NCBI RefSeq assembly: GCF_000023965.1
Contig: NC_013202.1
Location: forward strand, 1,890,001 to 1,922,000
From: Halomicrobium mukohataei DSM 12286
GTDB lineage: Archaea; Halobacteriota; Halobacteria; Halobacteriales; Haloarculaceae
Direction: 5' to 3'
DNA length: 32,000 bases
A program made the position numbers and the translations under genes. Position 1 is the stretch's first letter. Each line of letters begins with the position of its first letter. Of the stretch, positions 1 to 8,429 are shown piece after piece. The notes beneath the pieces are model-generated. The model ran no database searches. It was not told the origin of the DNA and worked only from the letters and a program-made list of their open reading frames with translations.

Positions 1-1
1 G

Positions 2-181
2 GACCCGCTCACGCACGCGGGCAGCGTCAGCGCGCCGTCGGCCGACATCGCCCGCGAACAGGCTCGGCAGCTGTTCGACTGGAGCGCCGAGGCGCTGTGG
101 CTCTGTCCCGCCGAGGCGGTCGAGCGGTGCCAGACCGAGCGTGCCTCGGCCGTCGCCGCCACGGAGGTCGACGAGGCGTGA
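2..181 (+). CDS. 3' end of an upstream gene that starts outside the window (function unknown)
   Basis: Open frame from position 2 (DPLTHAGSVSAPSADIAREQARQLFDWSAEALWLCPAEAVERCQTERASAVAATEVDEA*) with GC-rich third positions. The TGA at 179-181 overlaps the GTG at 178 of the next gene (GTGA). Absent from the ORF track because it has no in-window start. Confidence 0.4.
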   Translation, partial: DPLTHAGSVSAPSADIAREQARQLFDWSAEALWLCPAEAVERCQTERASAVAATEVDEA

Positions 182-1401
182 TCTCCGTCAGCAAACTCCT
201 CTGTGACCTCGACGCAGAGGGCGACGGGCTGCGCTACGACGCGGCCGAGGACTCTCGGAAAGAACAGATCCGCGACCGCAAGCAGCGCCGGCCGGTCGTC
301 GTCTGGAACGTCACCAAGCAGTGCAATCTCTACTGTGACCACTGTTACGCCGCCGCCGACACCGAGGTCGCCGACGGCGAGCTGTCGACGGCCGAAGGGA
401 AGGCGATGCTCGACGGGCTGGCCGACTACGGCGTCCCCGTCGTCCTCTTTTCTGGCGGCGAACCGCTCGTTCGGGACGACCTCGAAGAGCTGATTGCCTA
501 CGCCGACGAACGCGGCGTTCGTCCGGTGCTCTCGACCAACGGCACGCTCATCACCGAGGACCGGGCCCGCTCGCTCCGGGACGCCGGTCTGAAGTACGCC
601 GGTGTCTCCGTCGACGGTCTCCCCGAGCGCAACGACGCCTTCCGGGGGAAAGAGGGCGCGTTCGACGCCGCCGTCCGGGGGATCCGCAACTCCCTGGACG
701 CGGGCCTCAAGACCGGCCTGCGGTACACGATCACAGAACGCAACGCGCCGGACCTCACGGGCGTCGTCGACTTGCTCAGCGACAAGGGGCTCGATCGCTT
801 TTGCTTCTATCACCTCGACTACGGCGGACGGGGGACGGAGATCCTCGACGCCGACCTGACGCCCGAACAGCGCCGCGACGCCGTCGAGACGGTCTGTGAC
901 GTGACCCGGGACTACCACGAGCGCGGCGAGGAGATCGAGACGCTGCTGGTCGGCAACTACGCCGACGCCGCTTACATCGTCGAGTACGCGCGCGAACACT
1001 ACGGCGAGGCCAAGGCCCGCACCGTCTACGAGTACCTCCGGACCAACGGCGGCGATCCCACGGGCGAACGGGTCGCCGACGTGGACTACCAGGGTAACGT
1101 CCATCTCACGCAGTTCTGGCAGAACTACTCGCTTGGCAACGTCCGGGACCGCTCCTTCGGCGCGATCTGGGAGGACGAGTCGAACCCCCTGCTCTCGGCG
1201 CTCCGGGACCGCGAGTCTCGCCTGACCGGGAAGTGCGCCGACTGTGCGTACAAGGAGGTCTGTCGCGGGGGCTCCCGCCTGCGCGCGCTGACCGTCGAGA
1301 ACGACCTCTTCGCCCCCGATCCGCAGTGTTACCTCACCGACGAGGAGATCCAGACGCCACCGCCCGCGATGCCCGATACGGGCGCGGGGACGGCGGACTG
1401 A
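178..1401 (+). CDS. Radical SAM / SPASM-like protein, NirJ/AhbC/AhbD family (alternative heme biosynthesis type)
   Basis: Track ORF 97-1401; likely GTG start at 178 (ISVSKLLCDL..GDGLRY). CxxxCxxC cluster motif CNLYCDHCY after VVVWNVTKQ, plus GGEPL. C-terminal auxiliary Cys motif CADCAYKEVC..(about 21 aa)..QCY. AhbC and AhbD cannot be separated by eye. Confidence 0.85.
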   Translation: MISVSKLLCDLDAEGDGLRYDAAEDSRKEQIRDRKQRRPVVVWNVTKQCNLYCDHCYAAADTEVADGELSTAEGKAMLDGLADYGVPVVLFSGGEPLVRDDLEELIAYADERGVRPVLSTNGTLITEDRARSLRDAGLKYAGVSVDGLPERNDAFRGKEGAFDAAVRGIRNSLDAGLKTGLRYTITERNAPDLTGVVDLLSDKGLDRFCFYHLDYGGRGTEILDADLTPEQRRDAVETVCDVTRDYHERGEEIETLLVGNYADAAYIVEYAREHYGEAKARTVYEYLRTNGGDPTGERVADVDYQGNVHLTQFWQNYSLGNVRDRSFGAIWEDESNPLLSALRDRESRLTGKCADCAYKEVCRGGSRLRALTVENDLFAPDPQCYLTDEEIQTPPPAMPDTGAGTAD

Positions 1402-1412
1402 CTTCGCCCTCG

Positions 1413-2174
1413 CTATTTTACCGCCCGGAGCGTCGTCGGGGCGTCCCCGGTCGTCACTTCTACGTCGTCGAAACCGGCGCTGCGGAACACGTCTGCGAGC
1501 TTGTCCGGGTCGTGAAACCGACCGTTGAACACTGTCCCTATCTTCGCTTCCGATGCACGGTTCTTGTCTCGCAGGGTGAACAGGTACGTCGTCGTATAGT
1601 GTCCTTCCGGGGAGGTGAGTGCAGTCGTCGCGTGACGCTTGACCGTGTATCGCTCTGATTCGACAGCCTCGACTGTTCTGTTCCCGTTCGCTACGTCCTC
1701 AGTAAACGGTTGAAAGAACGTTCCGAACGCACCTCCCTCTCGGAGACTGTCGTAGGTGTTCACGGCGAGTGCTTGGAGATCTTCGTCTCTAGTGAGGTGG
1801 AGTAGTCCACCCATCAGGACCGCCGTATCGAACGTTCGTCCGTGATCTGTGGCACACCAGTCGGTGAAATCCGCCCTCTTCAGGTCCGCGGTGGTCACTT
1901 TCTCTCTTGCCACCGCGAGCATCGATTCGTCGCTGTCGACGCCCAGCACTTCGTCGTACTCGTCCTCGATCCGTGCGAGCAGAGGGCCGGTGCCACACCC
2001 GAGTTCGAGCACCCGATTCGCATTGTCCGGCTCGAAATGTTCGAGCAGAGATACCTGCTTCGTCCTGTCCAGCACCCGGGAGTGGAAAAAGTCGTACAGC
2101 TTCGGATACTCGTAGAACGATCGCTCTCGATGTGGCTGCTCGTTCACGTCCTCGATCACTGCTGCGAGACACAT
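1413..2174 (-). CDS. Class I SAM-dependent methyltransferase
   Basis: 253-aa ORF with SAM-binding motif I (VLELGCGTGPLL) followed by the acidic post-I loop (VLGVDSDESM). Third codon positions are visibly richer in A/T than in neighbouring genes. Confidence 0.85.
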   Translation of the reverse strand: MCLAAVIEDVNEQPHRERSFYEYPKLYDFFHSRVLDRTKQVSLLEHFEPDNANRVLELGCGTGPLLARIEDEYDEVLGVDSDESMLAVAREKVTTADLKRADFTDWCATDHGRTFDTAVLMGGLLHLTRDEDLQALAVNTYDSLREGGAFGTFFQPFTEDVANGNRTVEAVESERYTVKRHATTALTSPEGHYTTTYLFTLRDKNRASEAKIGTVFNGRFHDPDKLADVFRSAGFDDVEVTTGDAPTTLRAVK

Positions 2175-2298
2175 AGGGGGCCAGACGCTGTCGAGGTGCA
2201 GAACTGTTTCGGGGGCGTGTCAGGCCATCCCACGCACTGCACGGTCACACCCTCGACAGATCCTCACGAGTCCGCTCTCGCCACGTATCGAGGCCCTT

Positions 2299-3012
2299 TT
2301 GCCCACCGGTCGTATATCGTCGCCCGTGCTAACGGTCGAGCTCCACGCGCACTCGTCGCTGTCCTACGACGGCCGCGATCCGGTCGAGCTCCTGCTCGAA
2401 CAGGCCGAGGCAGTCGGTCTGGACGCGCTGGCCGTCACCGACCACGACGAGATCGACGCGAGCCTCGAAGCCGCCCGGCTCGCGCCCGAGTATGGATTGA
2501 TCGGCATTCCGGGGGCGGAGATCTCCAGCCAGGCCGGCCACGTCCTGGGGCTGGGCATCGAGGAGCTCGTCCCGGCCGGGCTCTCCTTTTCCGAGACGCT
2601 CGACCGCATCCACGAGCAGGGCGGCGTCGCCGTCGTCCCCCATCCCTTCCAGGAGTCTCGCAGCGGCGTCCTGGACAAGATCTCGAAAGACGAGCTGACG
2701 GCGGCCGACGCCATCGAGGTGTACAACTCTCGGCTGCTGACCGGGCGCTCGAACCGGCAGGCCCACCAGTTCGCCAGTCGCCGCGGGCTGCCGATGACCG
2801 CCGGCAGCGACGCCCACATCAGCGAGATGGTCGGGCAGGCGGTGACACACGTCGACACCGACGAGCGAAGCGTCGAGGCGATTCTCGACGCCATCCGGGC
2901 GGGACGGACGACGGTCGAGGGCAAGCGCACGCCCTGGCACATCAGCTTCCGCCAGGCCGCTGGCGGGGCCAAGCGCCGGGTGAAGAACCGCTTCTCGCAG
3001 TTGATCGAATGA
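2299..3012 (+). CDS. PHP-domain metal-dependent phosphoesterase
   Basis: Track ORF starts at TTG 2299; GTG 2326 (VLTVELHAHS) is an alternative start. PHP motifs present: ELHAHSSLSYDG, AVTDHD, VVPHPF, AGSDAH. The stop overlaps the next start (ATGA at 3009-3012). Confidence 0.8.
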   Translation: MPTGRISSPVLTVELHAHSSLSYDGRDPVELLLEQAEAVGLDALAVTDHDEIDASLEAARLAPEYGLIGIPGAEISSQAGHVLGLGIEELVPAGLSFSETLDRIHEQGGVAVVPHPFQESRSGVLDKISKDELTAADAIEVYNSRLLTGRSNRQAHQFASRRGLPMTAGSDAHISEMVGQAVTHVDTDERSVEAILDAIRAGRTTVEGKRTPWHISFRQAAGGAKRRVKNRFSQLIE

Positions 3013-4109
3013 TCCGGGGTGCCGACGCGTCGCTCGTCCGACGAGCGATCCGGGATCGAGACTCACTGCCGGGGACACGGGGGTTCGCCGGACGACTGTC
3101 CGCCGAGGGCCGACCCACGCTCGTCAGGGACGTGCTCGGCCGAGTCCCGCTGTTCGCCGAGCGCGGGGCCGCCGATCCGACCGCCGACGGCGCGTGGGCG
3201 TTCGACCCGACGACGCTCGGCGACCCGGTGTCGGTGCCCGCGGGCCACTGTCGGACGGCCGACGAGGACGACGCTCGCTGGACGCTCCCCGAGGGCGACC
3301 GGAGCGACGACGACACCGCGGTCGCTGCCGTCCGGCGGGCGATCCGGACCGCGACCGACGCCGTCGATACGGCGTCGACCGCCGTCGCCTTCTCTGGCGG
3401 CGTCGACTCCGCGCTCCTGGCCGCACGACTCGACGCGCCGCTGTACGTCGCCGGCTTCGAAGGGAGCCACGACATCGCGGCCGCCCGCTCGGCCGCGGCG
3501 GCCCTCGATCGCGAGCTGACCGTCGTCGAGTTCACGCACGACGATCTGGTGAGCGCAGTCCCGCGGATCGCCCGCGCGACGGGACGGACGAACGCCATGG
3601 ACGTACAGATCGCGCTCCCACTCTTTCTGACCGCCGAGCGGGTCGCAGCCGACGGCTACGACCGCCTCGTCGTCGGGCAGGGTGCCGACGAGCTGTTCGG
3701 TGGCTACGCGAAGGTGGCAAACGCCCCCGACGATCACCGCATCGAGGCGGACACGGTCCGTGGCGCACAGCGGGAAGTGATCGCCACGCTGCCCGAGCAA
3801 CTGGAGCGGGACGTGCTCGCACTGCGAGGGGCGGGCGTCGAACCGGTCGCACCGCTGCTTTCCGACGGCGTCGTCGAGACGGCGCTGGGACTGGTCGGCG
3901 AGCAGCTGGTCCGGGGCGAGGACGAACGCAAGTGGGCGCTGCGACGAGCCGCCAGCGAGTGGCTCCCCGAAGAGATCGCGCGGCGAGACAAGAAGGCGGT
4001 CCAGTACGGCACGTACGCCGCCCGCGAACTCGACCGACTCGCACGTCGAGACGGCTTCAAGCGCCGGATGGACGATCACGTCACCAAGTACGTCGAGTCG
4101 CTACTGTAA
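3009..4109 (+). CDS. Asparagine synthase (AsnB)-family PP-loop ATPase lacking a functional glutaminase domain
   Basis: In-frame ATG at 3009 inside track ORF 1842-4109. PP-loop SGGVDS and AsnB-type GQGADELFGGY are present. The N-terminus begins MIRG (no Cys after Met) and keeps only the tail of a GATase domain (LVRDVLGRVPLF). Confidence 0.8.
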   Translation: MIRGADASLVRRAIRDRDSLPGTRGFAGRLSAEGRPTLVRDVLGRVPLFAERGAADPTADGAWAFDPTTLGDPVSVPAGHCRTADEDDARWTLPEGDRSDDDTAVAAVRRAIRTATDAVDTASTAVAFSGGVDSALLAARLDAPLYVAGFEGSHDIAAARSAAAALDRELTVVEFTHDDLVSAVPRIARATGRTNAMDVQIALPLFLTAERVAADGYDRLVVGQGADELFGGYAKVANAPDDHRIEADTVRGAQREVIATLPEQLERDVLALRGAGVEPVAPLLSDGVVETALGLVGEQLVRGEDERKWALRRAASEWLPEEIARRDKKAVQYGTYAARELDRLARRDGFKRRMDDHVTKYVESLL

Positions 4110-4406
4110 CGCGACGCCCAGCAGCGTCGCGGTGTTCGCGACGACCGTCGCGACCGTGACCACGGCGAAGAGCGCGAGGAAGATCGCCGCGTCGCGATCC
4201 GAGAGCAGCGCCCAGCCACCGACGAGCCACACCATCGCCGCGAACTTTACGAGCCACAGGCCCGGCAGTCCGAGCGCGTCGATCGCGGCCGCGACGACGG
4301 CGTTGCCCTCTCGTAGTCCTCGCTCTAAACCGACCATCGTCGTGAGGACATCGAGGACGGTTGCGACGAGAATCGCACTCCAGAGGACGGAGTGGGTCCG
4401 GGTCAT
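4101..4406 (-). CDS. Small integral membrane protein (about 3 TM helices)
   Basis: Track ORF 4101-4475. The internal ATG at 4406 gives MTRTHSVLWSAILVATVLDVLTT..., a hydrophobic 101-aa protein. Its 3' end overlaps the convergent AsnB-like gene by 9 nt (4101-4109). Confidence 0.6.
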   Translation of the reverse strand: MTRTHSVLWSAILVATVLDVLTTMVGLERGLREGNAVVAAAIDALGLPGLWLVKFAAMVWLVGGWALLSDRDAAIFLALFAVVTVATVVANTATLLGVALQ

Positions 4407-4505
4407 CTCACGCTCGCGGCGGACGGGCAGCAGTGACTCCTCGCTCACGCTCTCGCAAACGGGCTCGGCGGTCAAAAGTCACCCAGCAACTCAGTTTGGC
4501 GTGGT

Positions 4506-4865
4506 TTAGAGCCAGCCACTGCCGTCGTCATCGTTGCCAGTGTATTTGTCGCGCTCGGGTTCGTCCCCCTGACTCCACAGATCTCCGTCCGCTTCGTCTG
4601 CACCGGTTTCCTCGTCGTCGTCCGCTGTCTCTGCTTCGTCGAGTTCGTCTAGCCAGTCGGCGTCCTCGTCCTCGATTTCGGCGTAGGTACGGACCAGCCC
4701 ACACTCCGGACAGAGCCGGGCTTCGAGCCGGTGTGACCCTCGCAAACCGAGCGATCCCAAGAACCCCTCGTGCTGGTCTTCGGTCCGAGCGCGGACGTTG
4801 TTTCCCCCAGCAGACAACTGAGCCGGTTCCATGGCCACGCCACAGTCCGGGCACTGTCGTTCCAT
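4506..4865 (-). CDS. Zinc-ribbon protein with a highly acidic C-terminal tail
   Basis: 119 aa with two CPxCG knuckles (CPDCG, CPECG), followed by a Asp/Glu-rich tail (EIEDEDADWLDELDEAETADDDEE...). Confidence 0.7.
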   Translation of the reverse strand: MERQCPDCGVAMEPAQLSAGGNNVRARTEDQHEGFLGSLGLRGSHRLEARLCPECGLVRTYAEIEDEDADWLDELDEAETADDDEETGADEADGDLWSQGDEPERDKYTGNDDDGSGWL

Positions 4866-4889
4866 GGGCCGGTTTCGTGCAGCGAAGGT

Positions 4890-5369
4890 TTATTGGTTTA
4901 GTTCGCTCTCGACGGCCGCAATCGCACGCTGCCCGATCTCGGCCACGTCCGACGGCAGATCGCCGCGGGTTCGCAGTTCGGCCGCAGTGAGCCACTCCCA
5001 GTCCTCGGCCGGCTGTTCGCCTGGTCCGGGCTGGATATCGCGGTGGGGGGCCTCACCGTAGAAGATGAAGTCGACGTGCTGGTGGCCGACGCCCTCGTCG
5101 CTGACGTTGATGTCTTCGAGCAGGAAGTGCTGTGGCTGGGGGATCGACCGGGCCGTCTCGCTCTTCAGGTCGCCCTCGGGGGCGAGCAGGTCCACGTCGA
5201 AGCCCAGTTCTTCGTGGATCTCTCGGAGGGCAGCCTCGTGGGGGAGTTCGTCGCGGTCGATGTGACCACCGGGCGGGAGCCACATCTCGAGCTTGTCGTG
5301 TTCGTGCAGCGCGATGGCACCGCTCTCGACGACGTAGACGGTCGCGACGAAATGCCGGGTCGTTTCCAT
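4890..5369 (-). CDS. NUDIX hydrolase
   Basis: 159 aa with the Nudix box GGHIDRDELPHEAALREIHEELG. Confidence 0.85.
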   Translation of the reverse strand: METTRHFVATVYVVESGAIALHEHDKLEMWLPPGGHIDRDELPHEAALREIHEELGFDVDLLAPEGDLKSETARSIPQPQHFLLEDINVSDEGVGHQHVDFIFYGEAPHRDIQPGPGEQPAEDWEWLTAAELRTRGDLPSDVAEIGQRAIAAVESELNQ

Positions 5370-5408
5370 ACCGTCAGTCGAGACGTGATGGCACCAAGAG
5401 ATTACGAT

Positions 5409-6377
5409 TCAGAGCTGTTGGACTTCCTCTTCGGCTTCCAGCAGCTCGTGGTAGCGGTTGCGGATCGTGACCTCGGAGATGTTCGCGACTTCGCTGACCT
5501 CGCTCTGGGTGACCTTCTCGTTGGTCAGCAGCGACGCGGCGTACACGCCGGCCGCCGCGAGGCCGACCGGGGACTTGCCGGAGTGAACGCCCTGCTGTTT
5601 GGCGTTCTGGAGCAGCTGGCGAGCCCGGCGTTCGACTTCGTCCGAGAGGTCGAGATCGGAGGCAAAGCGAGGGACGTAGCTCTCGGGATCTGCCGGCTGG
5701 ATCTCCAGGCCGAGCTCGCGGACGACGTAGCGATAGGTCCGGGCGATCTCGTCTTTCTCGACGCGAGAGACGGCGCTGATCTCGTCGAGCGAGCGCGGCG
5801 TGCCGGCCTGACGAGCGGCGGCGTACAGCGACGAGGTGGCGACGCCCTCGATGGAGCGGCCGGGCAGCAGGTCCTCGTCGAGCGCGCGGCGATAGATGAC
5901 GCTGGCGGTTTCGCGGACGTTCTCGGGCAGGCCCAGCGCCGAGGCCATGCGGTCGATCTCGCCAAGCGCCTGCTTGAGGTTGCGCTCCTTGGAGTCGCGT
6001 GTCCGGAATCGCTCGTTCCAGGTACGCAGGCGCTGCATCTTCTCGCGCTGGCGCGAGGACAGGGAGTTGCCGTAGGCGTCCTTGTCCTGCCAGCCGATGT
6101 TGGTCGACAGTCCCTTGTCGTGCATCATGTTGGTCGTCGGTGCGCCGACGCGGGACTTCTCGTCTTTCTCGCTGGCGTCGAACGCGCGCCACTCGGGACC
6201 GGGGTCGATCTCGTCTTCCTCGACGACCAGTCCGCAGTCTTCACAGACGGTCTCGCCGCGTTCGCTGTCGGCGACCAGATCGCCCCCACACTCTGGACAG
6301 ACGTGCTCTGATTCGTCCTCGGTCTCCTCTGTGTGCTCGGTCTCGTCCGTAAATCGTCGGATGGTGGTATCGGTCAT
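5409..6377 (-). CDS. tfb: Transcription initiation factor TFB (TFIIB homologue)
   Basis: 322 aa with an N-terminal zinc ribbon (CPECGG..CEDCG), DPGPEWRAF, two cyclin-like repeats and a C-terminal HTH region. Confidence 0.95.
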   Translation of the reverse strand: MTDTTIRRFTDETEHTEETEDESEHVCPECGGDLVADSERGETVCEDCGLVVEEDEIDPGPEWRAFDASEKDEKSRVGAPTTNMMHDKGLSTNIGWQDKDAYGNSLSSRQREKMQRLRTWNERFRTRDSKERNLKQALGEIDRMASALGLPENVRETASVIYRRALDEDLLPGRSIEGVATSSLYAAARQAGTPRSLDEISAVSRVEKDEIARTYRYVVRELGLEIQPADPESYVPRFASDLDLSDEVERRARQLLQNAKQQGVHSGKSPVGLAAAGVYAASLLTNEKVTQSEVSEVANISEVTIRNRYHELLEAEEEVQQL

Positions 6378-6609
6378 TGGTTGGAGTGACAGCCGGGTCA
6401 GGGACCCGAGAAACCTTCTAGCGATTACACTGTTGTTGTCGCGTCGACTTAAAAGTTTTGGCTATCGGCGAATTCAGATTTCCTGAATCACAAAACAAGC
6501 TTTGCTAGTGTGATGTCGCACCCCTACCGAGCGGCGGTCGAACTCCGTTCCGAGCCGCCGTTCCCAGGGTATCGAAACCCTTACCGCCGGGCCACCGCTC
6601 CGGGGATGT

Positions 6610-6888
6610 ATGAGTGAATCCGTCGTCGATCCAGACGAGGTCCGTCACGTCGCGGATCTCGCCCGTGTCGACCTCGACGACGACGAGGTCGAACGGTTCA
6701 CCGAACAGTTCGCGGACATCCTCTCTTACTTCGAGACGCTGGACGAGGTCCCCGAAGTCGAGCGGGAGGCCGAACTGACCAACGTCATGCGTCCGGACGA
6801 GACCCACGAGGGGCTCAGCCAGGACGAGGCGCTCGAAAACGCGCCGGACAGCGAGGCCGGCCACTTCAAGGGCCCGAAGGTGTCGTAA
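6610..6888 (+). CDS. gatC: Asp-tRNA(Asn)/Glu-tRNA(Gln) amidotransferase subunit C
   Basis: 92 aa (VRHVADLARVDLDDDEVERFTEQFADILSYFETLDEV), typical of GatC. It sits immediately upstream of gatA with a 1-nt gap. Confidence 0.9.
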   Translation: MSESVVDPDEVRHVADLARVDLDDDEVERFTEQFADILSYFETLDEVPEVEREAELTNVMRPDETHEGLSQDEALENAPDSEAGHFKGPKVS

Positions 6889-6889
6889 G

Positions 6890-8170
6890 ATGGCGACGGA
6901 GTACAACGCCTACATCAGCGACGAGACAATCGAGGGCGCGGACGAGGGACCACTCGCCGGGCAGACGGTCGCGGTCAAAGACAATATCTCGACGAAAGGC
7001 GTCCAGACCACCTGTGGCTCGTCGATGCTTGCGGGGTACGTCCCGCCCTACGACGCGACGGTCGTCGAACGGCTCACGGCGGCCGGCGCGACCGTCCCCG
7101 GCAAGACCAACATGGACGAGTTCGGAATGGGGACGACGACCGAGACCTCGGCCTACGGGCCGGTCGAGAACCCCGCCGCTCCGGGCCACGTCCCCGGGGG
7201 CTCTTCGGGTGGCTCTGCCGCCGTCGTCGCTGCGGGCGACGCCGACATGGCCCTGGGGACCGACACCGGCGGTTCGATCCGCTGTCCCGCCGCGTTCTGT
7301 GGCGTCGTCGGCATCAAGCCCACGTACGGGCTGGTCTCCCGGTACGGGCTCGTCGCCTACGCCAACAGCCTCGAACAGATCGGCCCGATCGCGCCGACCG
7401 TCGAGGAGGCCGCGGAGCTGCTCGAAGTGATCGCCGGTCCCGACGAGCACGACGCGACGACGCGAGATCACGAGGGCGCGACTGAGGGCCTCGCCGACGC
7501 CGCCGACGGCGACGTCGACGGGCTCTCGATCGGCGTGCCGACGGAACTCGTCGACGGAGCGGACGAGGCGGTCGTCGAGACGTTCTGGGACGCGATCGAC
7601 GAACTTGAAGCACAGGGTGCGAGCTACCACGAGGTCGACCTCCCGAGCGTCGAACACGCGGTCGAGGCCTACTACGTGATCGCGATGTCCGAGGCGTCGT
7701 CGAACCTCGCACGCTTCGACGGCGTCCGCTACGGCCAGAGCGGCGGCTACGAGGGCAACTGGAACGAGAGCTTCGCCAACGCACGCGAGGACGGCTTCGG
7801 CGAGGAAGTCAAGCGACGGGTCCTGCTCGGGACGTACGCGCTCTCGGCGGGCTATCACGACAAGTACTACAAGAAGGCCCAGGACGCCCGCGCGTGGGTC
7901 AAACAGGACTTCGATTCGGCACTCGACGAGGCCGACGTGCTGGCCTCGCCGACGATGCCGATCCCGCCGATGGAGATGGGCGAGAGCCTCGACGATCCAC
8001 TGACGATGTACCTGGCCGACGCCAACACGACGCCGGTCAACCTGGCGAATCTCCCGGCGATCTCCGTGCCTGCCGGCGAGACCGACGACGGACTCCCGGT
8101 CGGCCTGCAACTGGTGGGTCCCGCCTTCGGCGAGAAACAGCTGATCCGGGCCGGCAGCGCGCTGGCCTGA
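6890..8170 (+). CDS. gatA: Asp-tRNA(Asn)/Glu-tRNA(Gln) amidotransferase subunit A
   Basis: 426 aa with the amidase signature GGSSGGSAAVVAAG..DTGGSIRCPAAFCGVVGIKPTYG. Confidence 0.95.
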   Translation: MATEYNAYISDETIEGADEGPLAGQTVAVKDNISTKGVQTTCGSSMLAGYVPPYDATVVERLTAAGATVPGKTNMDEFGMGTTTETSAYGPVENPAAPGHVPGGSSGGSAAVVAAGDADMALGTDTGGSIRCPAAFCGVVGIKPTYGLVSRYGLVAYANSLEQIGPIAPTVEEAAELLEVIAGPDEHDATTRDHEGATEGLADAADGDVDGLSIGVPTELVDGADEAVVETFWDAIDELEAQGASYHEVDLPSVEHAVEAYYVIAMSEASSNLARFDGVRYGQSGGYEGNWNESFANAREDGFGEEVKRRVLLGTYALSAGYHDKYYKKAQDARAWVKQDFDSALDEADVLASPTMPIPPMEMGESLDDPLTMYLADANTTPVNLANLPAISVPAGETDDGLPVGLQLVGPAFGEKQLIRAGSALA

Positions 8171-8179
8171 GTGGACGGC
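8132..8179 (+). repeat. Direct repeat copy 1: last 39 nt of gatA including the stop, plus 9 nt downstream
   Basis: gagaaacagctgatccgggccggcagcgcgctggcctgagtggacggc. Identical 48/48 to 8270-8317 by hand alignment. Confidence 0.9.
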
Positions 8180-8269
8180 GAGCGGAGCGAGCCGTTTTTC
8201 GCCCACGTTTTTCGAGGAGAGGTTCGCGAGTACCGCGAGCGAACCCGACGACGAAAAAGGTGGTCGCGT

Positions 8270-8317
8270 GAGAAACAGCTGATCCGGGCCGGCAGCGCGC
8301 TGGCCTGAGTGGACGGC
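8270..8317 (+). repeat. Direct repeat copy 2 of the gatA 3' end
   Basis: Exact 48-nt copy of 8132-8179, separated from it by a 90-nt insert (8180-8269). The insert contains the hairpin ggttcgc-N11-gcgaacc at 8221-8245. Confidence 0.9.
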
Positions 8318-8342
8318 AGCACGCTGGCCTGAGTGGACGGCG
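8315..8342 (+). repeat. Direct repeat copy 3 (partial) of the gatA 3' end
   Basis: ggcagcAcgctggcctgagtggacggcg matches 8153-8180 with 1 mismatch over 28 nt. It abuts copy 2 and overlaps it by 3 nt. Confidence 0.85.
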
Positions 8343-8395
8343 ACCGCTCCGAGACGCGCATTCACAGCGGCGCTCCCCCGTCTGCCACGCTCACC

Positions 8396-8408
8396 GATAC
8401 TTTTTCAC
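8396..8408 (+). promoter_or_regulatory. TATA-like box for the M48 protease gene (leaderless arrangement)
   Basis: gatactttttcac is centred about 28 nt upstream of the ATG at 8430 and forms an A/T island in GC-rich context. Confidence 0.45.
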
Positions 8409-8429
8409 TGTGCTGGGACGAATCCGTAA

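Noticed and set aside
1842-3008. N-terminal 389 codons of the 755-aa track ORF 1842-4109
   Set aside because: This part runs antisense to the methyltransferase and out of frame across the PHP gene. It has an Arg/Pro/Gly-rich low-complexity translation typical of GC shadow frames. Only the portion from the ATG at 3009 carries AsnB motifs.
5043-6311. 422-aa plus-strand ORF
   Set aside because: It is antisense to the unmistakable TFB gene and the NUDIX gene, and its translation has no motifs. It is a shadow ORF of a high-GC genome.
6500-6605. Possible structured RNA or tRNA in the tfb-gatC intergenic region (GC-rich inverted segments, GTTCGA string on the minus strand)
   Set aside because: I could not fold a cloverleaf and the stems are imperfect. 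It is more likely promoter or leader sequence for the divergent genes.
8180-8269. Homology between the gatA 90-nt insert and the tRNA-linked 118-nt unit
   Set aside because: Only short shared strings (agcggagcg, acgtgggcgaaa in opposite orientation) are seen. That is too weak by eye to claim a common element, so I mention it only as a lead.
6866-8365. 499-aa minus-strand ORF with internal AVHSGQRAAGPDQLFL repeats
   Set aside because: It is antisense to gatA. The peptide repeats are simply the reverse translation of the duplicated gatA 3' end.
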